Position numbers and translations under genes: made by a program
Shown here: one piece after another, positions 30,480-41,468 of the stretch
Layout: the number at the start of each line of letters is the position of its first letter
Position numbering within the stretch: the stretch's first letter is position 1
Notes under the pieces: generated by a model
Told to the model about the DNA's origin: nothing
The model's input: only the letters and a program-made list of their open reading frames with translations
Database searches by the model: none
Origin: an uncultured Bacteroides sp.
GTDB taxonomy: Bacteria; Bacillota; Clostridia; Lachnospirales; Lachnospiraceae
Assembly: GCA_964554405.1 (NCBI GenBank)
Contig: CAZKOR010000001.1
Location: 19,672 to 83,671, forward strand
DNA: 64,000 nt
Reading direction: 5' to 3'

Positions 30480-32015
30480 ATGGAAAAAAAATATTTAAAA
30501 CTTCTACCATGGTTTTGTTTGATTGGGTTATTTTGCTTTTTGTCTGTTTTTATGTGGAATCATGTAGATTATTTGATTGATTCGGATATGTCAAGCGAGA
30601 TGGTTTTAGCGAGACTTCTGGCAGAAGAGAATAAGCTTATCACTCCTAACTGGTATTATTCGACGGAAATTAAAATATTAAGCACTCAACTAATTTATTC
30701 TTTTTTCTTTCGAATTTTTCATGACTGGACTATTATTAGGGTTTTATCTTGTATAGTTTCATATGTAATATTGCTTATCAGTTATTATTATTTGTTGCGA
30801 CAAATGAAATATGAGAAATTATTTGCAATTTCAGCAATTTTCTTTTTTATGCCGCTTTCTGACGGCTATTTTGTGCAAGTATTATTAGATTTAATATATT
30901 TACCATTTATAATTATTTCTTTTCTTGTCGTTGGAATGATATTTCATTATGCAAATGCTTCTAAAAATATGAAGTTTTTTCTATTGGGTGCTTCGGCGAT
31001 TCTGGCATTATTTGTCGGGATGGGGGGGGCACGTATGGTGGTTGTGTTATATTTGCCAATACTGGCAGCAACCATTTTGAAGGCGTTATTGGAAAGAAAG
31101 TCTTCGGATTATTTGATTTGTGCGATAGTTAGTTTTGTTGTGTCGGGAATTGGATATTTAATTAACAGTATGGTGTTGTCAGAATTGTATCGTTTTAGAA
31201 CATGGAACACAATACAATGGCACAATTTTTCAATGGAAGGAATATTTAATATTTTTTTTGGAACACTACGTATATTTGGTTGGTCATATGGTCAGATAAA
31301 GACTCCCGTTGCAAGTGGATTTAGTTGTGTTTTACTCGGTGTTATGGGATTGTGTGTTTTAGGAAATATTTTTATAAAGTGGAAAAAACCGGATACAGAG
31401 TGGTTATTGTCAAGTTATATAGTATTTACGTTTAGCATTTTTTTTGGCATGTATACATTTACAGATATGCTATATGCTGATAGATATGCCATTTCTGTAG
31501 TTGCATTTGCATTGCCTGTTATCACAATAAGCATACATGAAGTAAAATGGAACAGATATCTAAAATTATTATTAGGAACAATTTTAATTGGTGGTACATT
31601 AATCAGCAGTATATTTAGATATGAACGTTATGGTAAATTAGATAAAACAGCAGAATTTAGACAGATAGCAGATTATTTAGTGGAAAAACAGGAAATTTCT
31701 GAAGGATATGCGACATATTGGAATGCGAATGTATTAACAGAGTTATCAGACGGCTTTATTGATGTATATGCGTGGGAACAAAATGTTGACGATTTGTTTG
31801 ATGTAAATGATATGAATCCCTGGCTGCAGGAAGTAGATCATGAAGTAAGTAAACCCGGAAGTCGTATTTTCCTTTTGTTTTCAAATGAAGAATATGATGT
31901 ATGTCCGTTAAAAAACCTTCTTGATGAAGAAAATATAGCTTTTACTTCAGAAAATTACATAATATTTATTTATGAAAGTTATGAGGAACTGTTAAGTAAA
32001 GGGAACGATAAATAA
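30480..32015 (+). CDS. Multi-TM membrane protein, putative GT-C glycosyltransferase, with a G8 tract at 31022-31029
   Basis: DSDMSSEMVLA..NWYYSTE and GYATYWNANVLTELS motifs; ATG 30480 after AAGGAG preferred to 30384. Confidence 0.55.
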   Translation: MEKKYLKLLPWFCLIGLFCFLSVFMWNHVDYLIDSDMSSEMVLARLLAEENKLITPNWYYSTEIKILSTQLIYSFFFRIFHDWTIIRVLSCIVSYVILLISYYYLLRQMKYEKLFAISAIFFFMPLSDGYFVQVLLDLIYLPFIIISFLVVGMIFHYANASKNMKFFLLGASAILALFVGMGGARMVVVLYLPILAATILKALLERKSSDYLICAIVSFVVSGIGYLINSMVLSELYRFRTWNTIQWHNFSMEGIFNIFFGTLRIFGWSYGQIKTPVASGFSCVLLGVMGLCVLGNIFIKWKKPDTEWLLSSYIVFTFSIFFGMYTFTDMLYADRYAISVVAFALPVITISIHEVKWNRYLKLLLGTILIGGTLISSIFRYERYGKLDKTAEFRQIADYLVEKQEISEGYATYWNANVLTELSDGFIDVYAWEQNVDDLFDVNDMNPWLQEVDHEVSKPGSRIFLLFSNEEYDVCPLKNLLDEENIAFTSENYIIFIYESYEELLSKGNDK

Positions 32016-32017
32016 GC

Positions 32018-33100
32018 ATGAAACCGAGGATGAATATATATTTGACAACTGCAAAACGAGTGTTGCTTTATGCATATCCCATGATATGGTCGTTGTTTGA
32101 GCAGAATCAAGATTCTGAGATTTATTTATATTTAGTTTCTGAAGATTTGGAAGAAACTGATATATTGAAAGAACAGAAACTTGCCTGTCAATATGGCAAT
32201 CATATAATTATTCTACATTTTGATGAGGAAATGGCAAAGGGAAAGGTAGTCAGTACATCGAAACATTGGCCGCTTGGGACACTTGGGTGTTATTGGATGT
32301 TTCATAAACTACTGCCGGATGATGTAGACAGAATATTGGCGATTGAGTCAGATGCAGTTGTTACAGGTTCATTAAGGGACTTTTATGATACGAATTTTGA
32401 GAACTGTTATGCGGTGTGTCCGGATCCGGAACATAAGCCGATAAGTCATCGTAAGCTAATGGAGCATCTTAAAGGAGATGTACTCACTTTTGTAGTTTCT
32501 GTATATGATGTGAGAGCGATTCAAAGTGATTTTTCGTTAGATCAGATTTTAGAAGTGGATCAGTATGTAACAAAGGAATTCGGTCACTCGCAACAGGAAT
32601 TGACTTTTGGAATTTTGTTTAAGGATAGGATTAAATTTTTGCCGGCCGCTTCTTTATGTGTGGAAGAGAATAGCCAATCAATGAAAGCGATGGGATTTGA
32701 CTATTTAGCATCATGTGAAAAAAACTGTAAAACGTTGCATTTCTCATCGACATGGCATATGGAGAAACCTTGGAATCCGGTATATATCATGCCCGGATAT
32801 TATGAATGGTGGCGATATGCCAGAAAAAGTCCGTATTATAAAGACTATTTTGAAGAACAGTGGAAACTTTATGAGCGTAAAGAAGAGGAAATTGAAAAAT
32901 TAAGAAAGAATATTTCCTACAGGAATATATTGTTGATGATATTAGGTGTATATACAGTATTGTTGATGTTGATGGGTATCGTATTGAAGCAATCTGCAAT
33001 TTGGATGTTGGTGATAATAGGTGCATTAATTTTATCAATAGGAGTTACCGTTTCGTTTCGTCGTATTTCTATATGGATATTTAGCAAGAAAACCGGTTAG
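32018..33100 (+). CDS. Divergent GT8-family glycosyltransferase with two C-terminal TM helices
   Basis: SLFEQN, LLPDDVDRILAIESD, LHF...KPW architecture of GT8; hydrophobic C-terminus. Confidence 0.65.
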   Translation: MKPRMNIYLTTAKRVLLYAYPMIWSLFEQNQDSEIYLYLVSEDLEETDILKEQKLACQYGNHIIILHFDEEMAKGKVVSTSKHWPLGTLGCYWMFHKLLPDDVDRILAIESDAVVTGSLRDFYDTNFENCYAVCPDPEHKPISHRKLMEHLKGDVLTFVVSVYDVRAIQSDFSLDQILEVDQYVTKEFGHSQQELTFGILFKDRIKFLPAASLCVEENSQSMKAMGFDYLASCEKNCKTLHFSSTWHMEKPWNPVYIMPGYYEWWRYARKSPYYKDYFEEQWKLYERKEEEIEKLRKNISYRNILLMILGVYTVLLMLMGIVLKQSAIWMLVIIGALILSIGVTVSFRRISIWIFSKKTG

Positions 33101-33116
33101 CAGAAGGGATAATACA

Positions 33117-34163
33117 ATGAACTTTATGGAATATCTGCGAAAAAGTGAAAAATTGGTATTTTGGAATCGTTGCAGAATTCATAGAAACAAACAGGATTTT
33201 CGCAGATGGGTTTTAGAAGGGTATAAGAATCCCAATTATATCGAGCTTCATACGTTTGGAGATGAATATAAAGGACAGATTATTTACCACGCTGACGAGA
33301 TGGGCGGCGGCACAGGATTTTTTGCGGAACTGGGCGTTACGCTGATCAAGCTTTACTATGCCGATGACAGAGGATTTGTACCATATGTTTCTTGGGGAGA
33401 GAATTACCTCTACTATGAACCGGAAGGCATCCGTGGAGAGAAGAATGCGTTTCTTTATTTTTTTAAACCTGTGTCCGAAGTAGAAGGAATTGAAAATGCA
33501 GCCCATGTGGTTAAATCGGATTATACTCATTATGAGTGGGTGAAGAATCTATATAATGCTGTCAGCTATGATGTGTCAGAGGACTATATTGACGCCATGG
33601 CAAGAATGATGAAAAAATATATACGATATAACGATGTGACCAGAGCGTGTTTAGAGCAAGAGTACAAGGAACTTCTCGGAGATAAGAAAACGCTCGGTGT
33701 TCATTTTCGCGGGACGGATTTCCGTAAGCAGTATAACAATCATCCGGTAGCAATCAAAATTGAGCAGGAAATTGCAGAAGTAAAAACGCTGCTGCAGAAG
33801 TCAGGATATGAGCAGATTTTTCTGGCAACAGATGAGGAAGAAGCGGTAAAGATATTTAAGAAGGCATTTGGCGATATTGTAAAGGTATATGCCGATACTT
33901 TCCGCGATGAGGGCGGTGATGATTCTATTGCTTTCAGCCAATCGAACCGAGAACATCATAAATATAGATTAGGCTTGGAGGTACTCCGAGATGAGTATAC
34001 GCTGACATGCTGCAGCGGGCTGGTATGCGGCTATTCTAATGTTACCTTTATAGCAAGAATTATGCGCAAAAGCTGGTTTGAAAGCGGATATGAGGATTAT
34101 GTACTGATCAATAATGGAATCAATCATAATGATAATTCTTTTAGTGGGAGAAAATCAGTTTGA
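33117..34163 (+). CDS. O-fucosyltransferase / NodZ-like (GT23-type) glycosyltransferase
   Basis: GFFAEL, LGVHFRGTD, IFLATDE, L..C..LVCGYSNV. Confidence 0.7.
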   Translation: MNFMEYLRKSEKLVFWNRCRIHRNKQDFRRWVLEGYKNPNYIELHTFGDEYKGQIIYHADEMGGGTGFFAELGVTLIKLYYADDRGFVPYVSWGENYLYYEPEGIRGEKNAFLYFFKPVSEVEGIENAAHVVKSDYTHYEWVKNLYNAVSYDVSEDYIDAMARMMKKYIRYNDVTRACLEQEYKELLGDKKTLGVHFRGTDFRKQYNNHPVAIKIEQEIAEVKTLLQKSGYEQIFLATDEEEAVKIFKKAFGDIVKVYADTFRDEGGDDSIAFSQSNREHHKYRLGLEVLRDEYTLTCCSGLVCGYSNVTFIARIMRKSWFESGYEDYVLINNGINHNDNSFSGRKSV

Positions 34164-34204
34164 AAAGAAAATGATGCAGGCTTATTATGAATCGATAGGA
34201 GGAA

Positions 34205-35194
34205 ATGGTATTGTATGACATATCTGTGATTGTCATGATATATGAACAGCCAAAAGAAAAAATATTACTGACAGTTGCTTCAGCTTTAAGGCAAAAAGGT
34301 ATCAGAAAACAGATTATAATTGCCGACGATGGTTCCAAGGAAACGTATATTTCGGAAATAGAAATATTTTTTGAGAAAATGGAATTTACGGATTATAAAA
34401 TAGTATATCAGGAAGAAAATGTCGGTACTGTAAAGAACTGTCTGACAGGGTTACAGCTGGCGCAGGGAGAATATGTTAAACTGATCAGCCCGGGAGACTG
34501 CTTTACATCAGATGATATCTTGAAAAGTTGGATTGAAGATATACGCTCGGCGAATGCCAAGATAAGTTTTTGCGATTCTGTTTATTATAGAAAGGGTAAA
34601 AATTATGAGTGTGTGCAGGAAGTAGCACATCCGCAATATCCATTGGTATATAGAGAGTCCATAGCCAGACAAAAGAAATATTATCTTTTGTATAATGATG
34701 TGTTTTTAGGAGCATCGCTTGTCTCAGATAGAGAGATGACCTTAAAATACATTGAGATGGCGACAAATAGAATCATATATGGTGAAGACAATATTTACAG
34801 ACTAATGATTCTGGATCAGGTTCCGGTTAAATATTTTAATGCTAAAGCAATCTTTTATGAGTGGGGAGATGGAATTTCAACAAAGGCGGACAGCGATTTT
34901 TCGAAAAGATTAGAAAAAGACTGGCAGGCGTCAACAGATATGATTGCAGAACGATGCAGAAATATGCATACGGATAAGAAAATAGAGATATATTACAAAG
35001 TGGATGAAGAAAGAAAAAATATTTTTGAGAAATTAACAAAATGTTTCATTGATAAAGACGTGGAAAAATACAACCGCGCACGTTATAAAAATAAGAGATT
35101 GACAGAAATTACTAAACTGGATTATCTGGAATTTTTAAGCGCATGGATTCGGGATGAAAGCGTGACATGCAATGAGTATGAGGTATCATTATGA
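34205..35194 (+). CDS. GT2 glycosyltransferase
   Basis: IIADDGS, NVGTVKN, GEYVKLISPGD, ED. Confidence 0.8.
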   Translation: MVLYDISVIVMIYEQPKEKILLTVASALRQKGIRKQIIIADDGSKETYISEIEIFFEKMEFTDYKIVYQEENVGTVKNCLTGLQLAQGEYVKLISPGDCFTSDDILKSWIEDIRSANAKISFCDSVYYRKGKNYECVQEVAHPQYPLVYRESIARQKKYYLLYNDVFLGASLVSDREMTLKYIEMATNRIIYGEDNIYRLMILDQVPVKYFNAKAIFYEWGDGISTKADSDFSKRLEKDWQASTDMIAERCRNMHTDKKIEIYYKVDEERKNIFEKLTKCFIDKDVEKYNRARYKNKRLTEITKLDYLEFLSAWIRDESVTCNEYEVSL

Positions 35195-36987
35195 AAAATG
35201 AGCTTGCTAAGATAGCAGATGCCTTTAGAAAATTGAATTTTATGTTGTCAAAAGAACAGAAGCGGTACAGCATGATTGTTTTGATAATGGCACTTTTGTC
35301 TGCAATACTTGAAATGCTGGGCGTATCCATTATAGTTCCTCTGTTAGATGCATTTCTGTCACCAGATGCGTTAATGGACAAGTGGTATATTCAACCATTT
35401 GCAGAATTATTCCACTTGGAATCACCAAATAAAATAATCCCGGTGATATGTGTTGTTATGATTTGTCTATATCTGTTAAAAAATGTGTATAATACGGTGT
35501 ACTGCTGGGTGTCAAATAAGTTTTCCTATAAAGTTATGAGAGAATTATCTGTAAGAGTACTCTCTGTGTATATGAAGCAGGGATACAATTTTTTTGTACA
35601 AAATAACAGTGCAAGATTACTTCGGGGAATGACAAATGATGTTACAAATGTTTATACGATTATTGTTCAACTGTTTAACTTGGCAGGCAAGCTATTGGCA
35701 TTACTCAGTATTACTGCATTAATAATTGTGGTCACACCACAATTATCAATTTTCTTATTGGGTTTAGTTGTACTTTGTTTTGTGTTGACGCAATTGCTTT
35801 TTAGAAAGCCTATGCAGAAGTATGGCGAAAGAGCAAGATTTTATCAATACAGATGCTATCAGTCATCACTTGAAGCGATTCAGGGGAGTAAGGAAGTTCT
35901 GGTAACCAACAGGCAGAAACATTTCATTAAAGAGTATGAAGAATGCATGGCAGAGGCAAATAGCGCCAATGTAAAGATGCAGGTCGGAGCGGCCACACCG
36001 GCGTATCTTATTGAAGCCGTATGTATTACCGGACTAATGACAATGATTGCATTTCAGATGACTAAAGGCGATAATTCTTTTGAACTATTGAGCGGTCTTT
36101 CCGTGTTGGCCATTGCAGCTTTTCGGATATTACCGTCACTGGGAGCAATCCTGAGCGCTGTGAATACTATCGTATATAATGCTCCCGGTTTATCGGCGGC
36201 ATATGATACACTATATATGATCAAAGATTTGGAAACGAAAGAGTCTATCGAAAAAGAGGCAGATAACGAAAGAAGATTTAAAGAAAAAGTATTTGAAGAC
36301 AAAATTGAATTGGATCATATTACGTTCAGTTATCAAAATGGAGAAGACAGGAATGAAAATGTAATTAATGATCTAAGCTTAATGATTAAAAAGGGGACTT
36401 CTACAGCTTTTATAGGCACTTCCGGAGCCGGGAAAACAACATTGGCTGATATTATCTTAGGACTTTTTATACCACAAAAAGGAAAAGTATTGATGGATGG
36501 AATTGACATTGAGGATTTAGGCGGAAGGTGGAATCGGATTGTCGGATATGTACCGCAGTCTATTTATATGACTGATACAACGATCAGGCAGAATATTGCA
36601 TTTGGTGTTGATGTAGATGAAATCGATGATGATAAAGTATGGAAAGCACTGGAAATGGCACAGCTAAAGGAGTTTGTAGATAAACTTCCCGACAAGCTGA
36701 ATACGAGAGTAGGGGAATGGGGGGTTCAATTTTCCGGTGGACAGCGCCAAAGAGTGGCAATAGCCAGAGCCTTATACGGAGAACCGGATATTATCGTTCT
36801 CGATGAAGCAACAGCGGCATTAGATACGGAAACAGAAACGGCGGTGATGGAAGCAATTGACGCATTGCAGGGCGTGAAAACATTGATTATCGTAGCTCAT
36901 CGTCTGACGACTATAAAGAATTGTGATGTAATATATCGAATTGAAGGTGGAAAAGCGGTACAGGTAGATAAAAGAGAAGTTATTTAG
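35191..36987 (+). CDS. Second PglK/MsbA-like ABC transporter
   Basis: GTSGAGKTT, FSGGQRQRVAIARA, VLDEATAALD; paralogue of 9899-11650. Confidence 0.92.
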   Translation: MKNELAKIADAFRKLNFMLSKEQKRYSMIVLIMALLSAILEMLGVSIIVPLLDAFLSPDALMDKWYIQPFAELFHLESPNKIIPVICVVMICLYLLKNVYNTVYCWVSNKFSYKVMRELSVRVLSVYMKQGYNFFVQNNSARLLRGMTNDVTNVYTIIVQLFNLAGKLLALLSITALIIVVTPQLSIFLLGLVVLCFVLTQLLFRKPMQKYGERARFYQYRCYQSSLEAIQGSKEVLVTNRQKHFIKEYEECMAEANSANVKMQVGAATPAYLIEAVCITGLMTMIAFQMTKGDNSFELLSGLSVLAIAAFRILPSLGAILSAVNTIVYNAPGLSAAYDTLYMIKDLETKESIEKEADNERRFKEKVFEDKIELDHITFSYQNGEDRNENVINDLSLMIKKGTSTAFIGTSGAGKTTLADIILGLFIPQKGKVLMDGIDIEDLGGRWNRIVGYVPQSIYMTDTTIRQNIAFGVDVDEIDDDKVWKALEMAQLKEFVDKLPDKLNTRVGEWGVQFSGGQRQRVAIARALYGEPDIIVLDEATAALDTETETAVMEAIDALQGVKTLIIVAHRLTTIKNCDVIYRIEGGKAVQVDKREVI

Positions 36988-37015
36988 AAGAAATGAAAAG
37001 CGAGGATAAGATCGT

Positions 37016-38113
37016 ATGAAAGTACCGTTTGTATCATTTAAAGCGCTTGAGGAAGAATTGAATGTTGATCTTCATAATACGTTTCAAAGAGTATTTGAAA
37101 ATAGCTGGTATATAGAAGGTAATGAAGACAGACAGTTTGAAGAAGAATTTGCGGCGTACTGCGGCGTGAAACACTGTATCGGCTGCGGCAACGGTCTGGA
37201 TGCATTATTTTTAATATTAAAAGCGAGCGGGATCGGTGAGGGAGACGAGGTGATCGTTCCCTCAAATACTTTTATTGCAACGGTGTTGGCGGTCAGCAGG
37301 ACAGGTGCGAAGCCTGTGCTGGTGGAGCCCCATTTGTTGACTTATAATCTGAATGCTGATAAGATTGAAGAGAAAATCACAGAGCGGACAAAAGCAATCA
37401 TGGCGGTGCATCTGTATGGCCAGCCTGCAGACATGGATGCAATTAATGCAGTTTCCAAGCGTCATGGACTTAAGGTGTTCGAGGATGCGGCACAGGCGCA
37501 TGGAGCCCTCTATAAAGGAAAACGGGTCGGCGGACTTGCTGATGCTGCCGGTTTCAGCTTTTATCCCGGCAAAAATCTTGGGGCATTGGGGGACGCAGGA
37601 TGTGTTACAACTAATGATGATGAGTTGGCGCGAAAGGTACGCGCATTGTCGAATTATGGGTCGGATTATAAGTATCATCACATATATCAAGGGTATAATA
37701 CCAGATTGGATGAAATGCAGGCGGCATTTTTACGGGTAAAGCTGCCCATACTGGATAAGGTAAATGAAGACAGGAGAATGACTGCAAACAAGTACTTAGA
37801 AGGAATTACAAATTCGAAATTAACGTTACCATATGTCGATTGGGATATGTTTACGCCCGTATGGCATATTTTTGCAGTCAGAACCAATGACAGGGACGGT
37901 CTGGCTTTCTATCTGGAAAGCAAAGGTATCCATACGGGAATTCATTATCCAATTGCCATTCATAACCAGGAAGCTTATCGGGAACTGGGAATTGCAAAGG
38001 GGAGTCTGCCGGTCTGTGAGGAGATCAGTGATACGGAACTTAGTCTGCCAATGTATTATGGTATGCGGGAAGAGACGGAATATGTGATTCAGGCATTGAA
38101 TGATTGGAAGTAG
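37016..38113 (+). CDS. fdtB: dTDP-3-amino-3,6-dideoxyhexose transaminase (FdtB/QdtB-like DegT family)
   Basis: [35 protein letters not shown]; adjacent to fdtA. Confidence 0.85.
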   Translation: MKVPFVSFKALEEELNVDLHNTFQRVFENSWYIEGNEDRQFEEEFAAYCGVKHCIGCGNGLDALFLILKASGIGEGDEVIVPSNTFIATVLAVSRTGAKPVLVEPHLLTYNLNADKIEEKITERTKAIMAVHLYGQPADMDAINAVSKRHGLKVFEDAAQAHGALYKGKRVGGLADAAGFSFYPGKNLGALGDAGCVTTNDDELARKVRALSNYGSDYKYHHIYQGYNTRLDEMQAAFLRVKLPILDKVNEDRRMTANKYLEGITNSKLTLPYVDWDMFTPVWHIFAVRTNDRDGLAFYLESKGIHTGIHYPIAIHNQEAYRELGIAKGSLPVCEEISDTELSLPMYYGMREETEYVIQALNDWK

Positions 38114-38128
38114 ACGGAAGGATATTAT

Positions 38129-38527
38129 ATGGAAGTAAAGATGATTCAGTTCCAGCCCCATGGAGATGAAAGAGGAATGCTGATCGCGCTGGAGGAGAAT
38201 AAAAATATTCCTTTTGAAGTAAAGCGTGTGTACTTTATGTATGACACGATAGAAGGGGTACACAGGGGAAAACATGCTCATAAAACATTAAAGCAGGTGC
38301 TTTTCTGTCCCTGCGGAGCATGTACAATCTCGTTGGATAACGGAAAGGAAGTCAAAGAGGTAAGGTTGGACAAGACTACGGAAGGACTCTTGGTTGATGC
38401 CTGTATGTGGCGTGAAATGTATGATTTTACGCCGAATGCGGTGCTGATGGTACTTGCCTCAGATTATTACGATGAGAGTGATTATATCAGGAATTATGAC
38501 GAGTTTCTGCAATATGTCAATAATTAA
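38129..38527 (+). CDS. fdtA: dTDP-6-deoxy-3,4-keto-hexulose isomerase (FdtA/QdtA cupin)
   Basis: DERGML, PFEVKRVYF, RGKHAH, WREM, LMVLASDYYDESDYIRNY. Confidence 0.92.
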   Translation: MEVKMIQFQPHGDERGMLIALEENKNIPFEVKRVYFMYDTIEGVHRGKHAHKTLKQVLFCPCGACTISLDNGKEVKEVRLDKTTEGLLVDACMWREMYDFTPNAVLMVLASDYYDESDYIRNYDEFLQYVNN

Positions 38528-38544
38528 AGAAAGAGTGCGAGAGA

Positions 38545-39534
38545 ATGAAGCGTAAAATTTATATTGCAGGCGTATGGGGAACAGGGAATGTCAGTATTAT
38601 GGAGCAACTTAAAGATGATGCTGATGTACAATATCTCAAGCATGATTTCAAATATTTTTTTAAGTTTCAAAAAATCTGGAGAATAGTCAATCAGAGGCTG
38701 GGAGGACACGGAAGAGGCGTCATCAAGTGGTTGCTTCGGACGAAACTGCTGGATTCAGCATATGCTCTGTCTCACTGCGATTTTGCAGCTAATGAAGAGA
38801 ATATTGTTGTGATATTTAATTCTGCACTGCATGAATATTACTCGAAGGAATACTTTGAACGTTTGCGCAGAAAATATCAAAATATTAAATATGTGCTGTA
38901 TATAATAGATCCGATGCCGGGTGATTTATGGCAGGAGATTAGAGATGCATTGGACGTATTTGATCTGGTTGCGACCATGCATCCCTATAATTGCAAGAAA
39001 TACGGATTTTCATATCTTCCGTATGCATACGTGAAGCACAAGACGATTGCACCTGTAAGCGGAATCAAGAGAACGAAACTATTTTTTTGTGGGGTGATCG
39101 ATGACTACAGGCAGGCGATAATCAGTGATCTTGTAAGTCTGTGTGAGAAGAATAACACTGATTTTGATTTCTGGTTGAAGCCCTATGGGAATAACAGCAT
39201 AAGCAGCGAATATGTACACTATTCGGAAATGCCTTATGCCGAGAATGTACAGAGACTGGAAAAGGCAGAATGTATTCTGGAGGTCATGCATGAGGGCTAT
39301 GTAGGCATTACGCAGAGATATCTGGAAGCGGTTATTTATAATAAGAGGCTGCTCACCAATAATAAGGAGATAAAAGAACTTCCCTATTATGATCCGAGAT
39401 ATATGTATTATTTTGAGAAGGTGGAGGATATCGACTGGAACTGGCTGTGTAGTGATGTAGCTGTAGATTATCACTATAAAGGGGATTTTAGTGTGCAGAC
39501 CTGGAAGGAAAATTTGGTGAAGTTGGTGGAATGA
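38545..39534 (+). CDS. Putative glycosyltransferase (RfaS-like hypothetical)
   Basis: GITQRYLEA..NKRLLTNN..YDP motif seen in LPS/EPS GT-B proteins; lies inside the Fdt module. Confidence 0.5.
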   Translation: MKRKIYIAGVWGTGNVSIMEQLKDDADVQYLKHDFKYFFKFQKIWRIVNQRLGGHGRGVIKWLLRTKLLDSAYALSHCDFAANEENIVVIFNSALHEYYSKEYFERLRRKYQNIKYVLYIIDPMPGDLWQEIRDALDVFDLVATMHPYNCKKYGFSYLPYAYVKHKTIAPVSGIKRTKLFFCGVIDDYRQAIISDLVSLCEKNNTDFDFWLKPYGNNSISSEYVHYSEMPYAENVQRLEKAECILEVMHEGYVGITQRYLEAVIYNKRLLTNNKEIKELPYYDPRYMYYFEKVEDIDWNWLCSDVAVDYHYKGDFSVQTWKENLVKLVE

Positions 39535-39594
39535 TAGTTAACGAGTGCTAATGTAGATGAAAAAGGGTATTTAGCAAAGAAAAGAGGATTTCCC

Positions 39595-40389
39595 GTGATT
39601 CAAAAAGGTAGTAACGTTACAATTAAAGACGGAGTTATCATAGGTGATCATGTGGTGATAGAAGATGATGTTTACATTGATTATAACTGCATTATCCGGG
39701 ATAATGTTACGATTAAGAGAGGAACGACTATAGGTGCCAATTCCATTCTGGGAGAATACCAGATGGATTTCTATAAGAACAACCATGTACAGTCAGAACA
39801 TCCACTGGTGATCGGAGCAAATTCAATTATTCGGAGTGGAGCGGTTATCTATGGAGATACCGTCATCGGTGATGAATTTCAGACAGGGCATCATGTAACC
39901 ATAAGAGAGAAAACAGTAATCGGAGACCATGTCAGCGTAGGAACTTTATCGGATATTCAGGGAGATTGCTGTATTGGAAATTATGTCAGGATGCACAGTA
40001 ATGTGCATATTGGGATGAAATCTAAGATAGAGGATTATGTTTGGATTTATCCGTATTGTGTATTAACTAATGATCCGACGCCGCCCTCTACGGTGTTGCA
40101 AGGAGTTACCGTTAAGAAATTTGCGGTTGTCTCTACCGGCAGCATACTCTTGCCGGGTGTTACTGTGGAGAGTGACTGTCTGATTGCCGCAGGGGCAATT
40201 GTGACTAAGGATGTTACGTCAAATGTGGTTGTAGGTGGGAACCCTGCCAAGGTGATAGCAGATATCTCCAAGGTGAAAAACAGAGAGACCGGTAAACCGG
40301 CGTATCCGTGGAGAGAAAGTTTTAAGCGCGGGATGCCGTGGGAAGAAAGTGATTATAATACATGGATTGCAGCACAAAATAAAAGTTAG
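39595..40389 (+). CDS. Hexapeptide-repeat N-acyltransferase (QdtC/FdtC-like)
   Basis: Left-handed beta-helix repeats, LTNDPTPP, LLPGV, AGAIVTKDV, GNPAK. Confidence 0.88.
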   Translation: MIQKGSNVTIKDGVIIGDHVVIEDDVYIDYNCIIRDNVTIKRGTTIGANSILGEYQMDFYKNNHVQSEHPLVIGANSIIRSGAVIYGDTVIGDEFQTGHHVTIREKTVIGDHVSVGTLSDIQGDCCIGNYVRMHSNVHIGMKSKIEDYVWIYPYCVLTNDPTPPSTVLQGVTVKKFAVVSTGSILLPGVTVESDCLIAAGAIVTKDVTSNVVVGGNPAKVIADISKVKNRETGKPAYPWRESFKRGMPWEESDYNTWIAAQNKS

Positions 40390-40424
40390 AAATGTTTACT
40401 TGTGTTGCAGAATGGAGAAGAAAA

Positions 40425-41369
40425 ATGAAACTGATTATTCAGATTCCTTGTTTAAATGAGGCAGATACATTGGAAATTGCGTTAAACGATCTGCCAAAGC
40501 AGATAGTTGGCATTGATGAGATTGAATATCTGATTATTGACGACGGCTGTAAGGATAATACTGTGGAAGTGGCAAAAAACTGGGGTGTGCATCATGTGGT
40601 GAGCTTTGCGCAGAATAAAGGGCTTGCAAAAGGATTCATGGCAGGTCTTGATGCATGCTTAAGGAACGGCGCGGATATTATAGTAAATACAGACGCGGAT
40701 AATCAATATTGTGCTGACGATATACCGAAACTGATAAAACCGATTATGGATGGTAAAGCGGACATTGTAATAGGTGAAAGACCGATTGATGATACGGAAC
40801 ATTTTTCCTGGATCAAGAAAAAGCTGCAGCATTTTGGAAGCTGGGTAGTGCGTAAGGCATCCAATACCAATATACCGGACGCTCCGAGTGGATTTCGGGC
40901 TTTTAGTCGAGAGGCAGCGATGCGAATCAACGTGATCAATGATTATACTTATACACTAGAGACGATCGTGCAGGCGGGGAGAAACCGGATTCCGATCACC
41001 AGCGTACCGGTTAGGACGAATCCGGAACTTCGTGAATCGAGATTGTTTCACAGTATATGGGGATATGTGAAGAAATCAATGTTGACGATATTCAGGGCGC
41101 TGATGATGTACAAGCCGTTGTATTGTTTTACGATTGTTGCTGTGGTACCGAGTTTGATCGGGATTCTTGTAGGAATCAGGTTTTTGGTTTTTTATTTTAA
41201 CGGTGGGGGCGGCGGACATACGCAGTCGTTGATATTGGCATGTACGCTATTGATTATCGGGTTTGTTACTTTTGTGATAGGGATGTTGGCCGATGTAATC
41301 AGCGCTAACAGGAAGATATTGGAGGATGTACAGTATCATCTGAAGAAGCAGGAGTACGAGAAAATGTAA
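40425..41369 (+). CDS. GT2 polyprenol-phosphate glycosyltransferase with C-terminal TM helices
   Basis: MKLIIQIPCLNE, IDDG, NTDADNQY, DAPSGFRA; ATG 40425 after GGAG. Confidence 0.9.
   Translation: MKLIIQIPCLNEADTLEIALNDLPKQIVGIDEIEYLIIDDGCKDNTVEVAKNWGVHHVVSFAQNKGLAKGFMAGLDACLRNGADIIVNTDADNQYCADDIPKLIKPIMDGKADIVIGERPIDDTEHFSWIKKKLQHFGSWVVRKASNTNIPDAPSGFRAFSREAAMRINVINDYTYTLETIVQAGRNRIPITSVPVRTNPELRESRLFHSIWGYVKKSMLTIFRALMMYKPLYCFTIVAVVPSLIGILVGIRFLVFYFNGGGGGHTQSLILACTLLIIGFVTFVIGMLADVISANRKILEDVQYHLKKQEYEKM
41057..41369 (+). repeat. ~310-bp diverged direct repeat, copy 1 (3' end of the GT2)
   Basis: Aligns by eye with 45123-45433 (MMYKPLYCFTIVA...KILEDVQYHLKKQEYEK). Confidence 0.93.
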
Positions 41370-41386
41370 AAATTATGAACGATACA

Positions 41387-41416
41387 TTGAAACTGGGATA
41401 TAATAATTAGTATCTT
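41387..41416 (+). promoter_or_regulatory. Possible promoter for the 121-aa/HD operon
   Basis: TTGAAA-18 bp-TATCTT in the AT-rich intergenic region. Confidence 0.3.
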
Positions 41417-41468
41417 CATAATTATATATGAATATACTTGTGAGTTTTTAAGAAAGAGGGAAAGCTGA

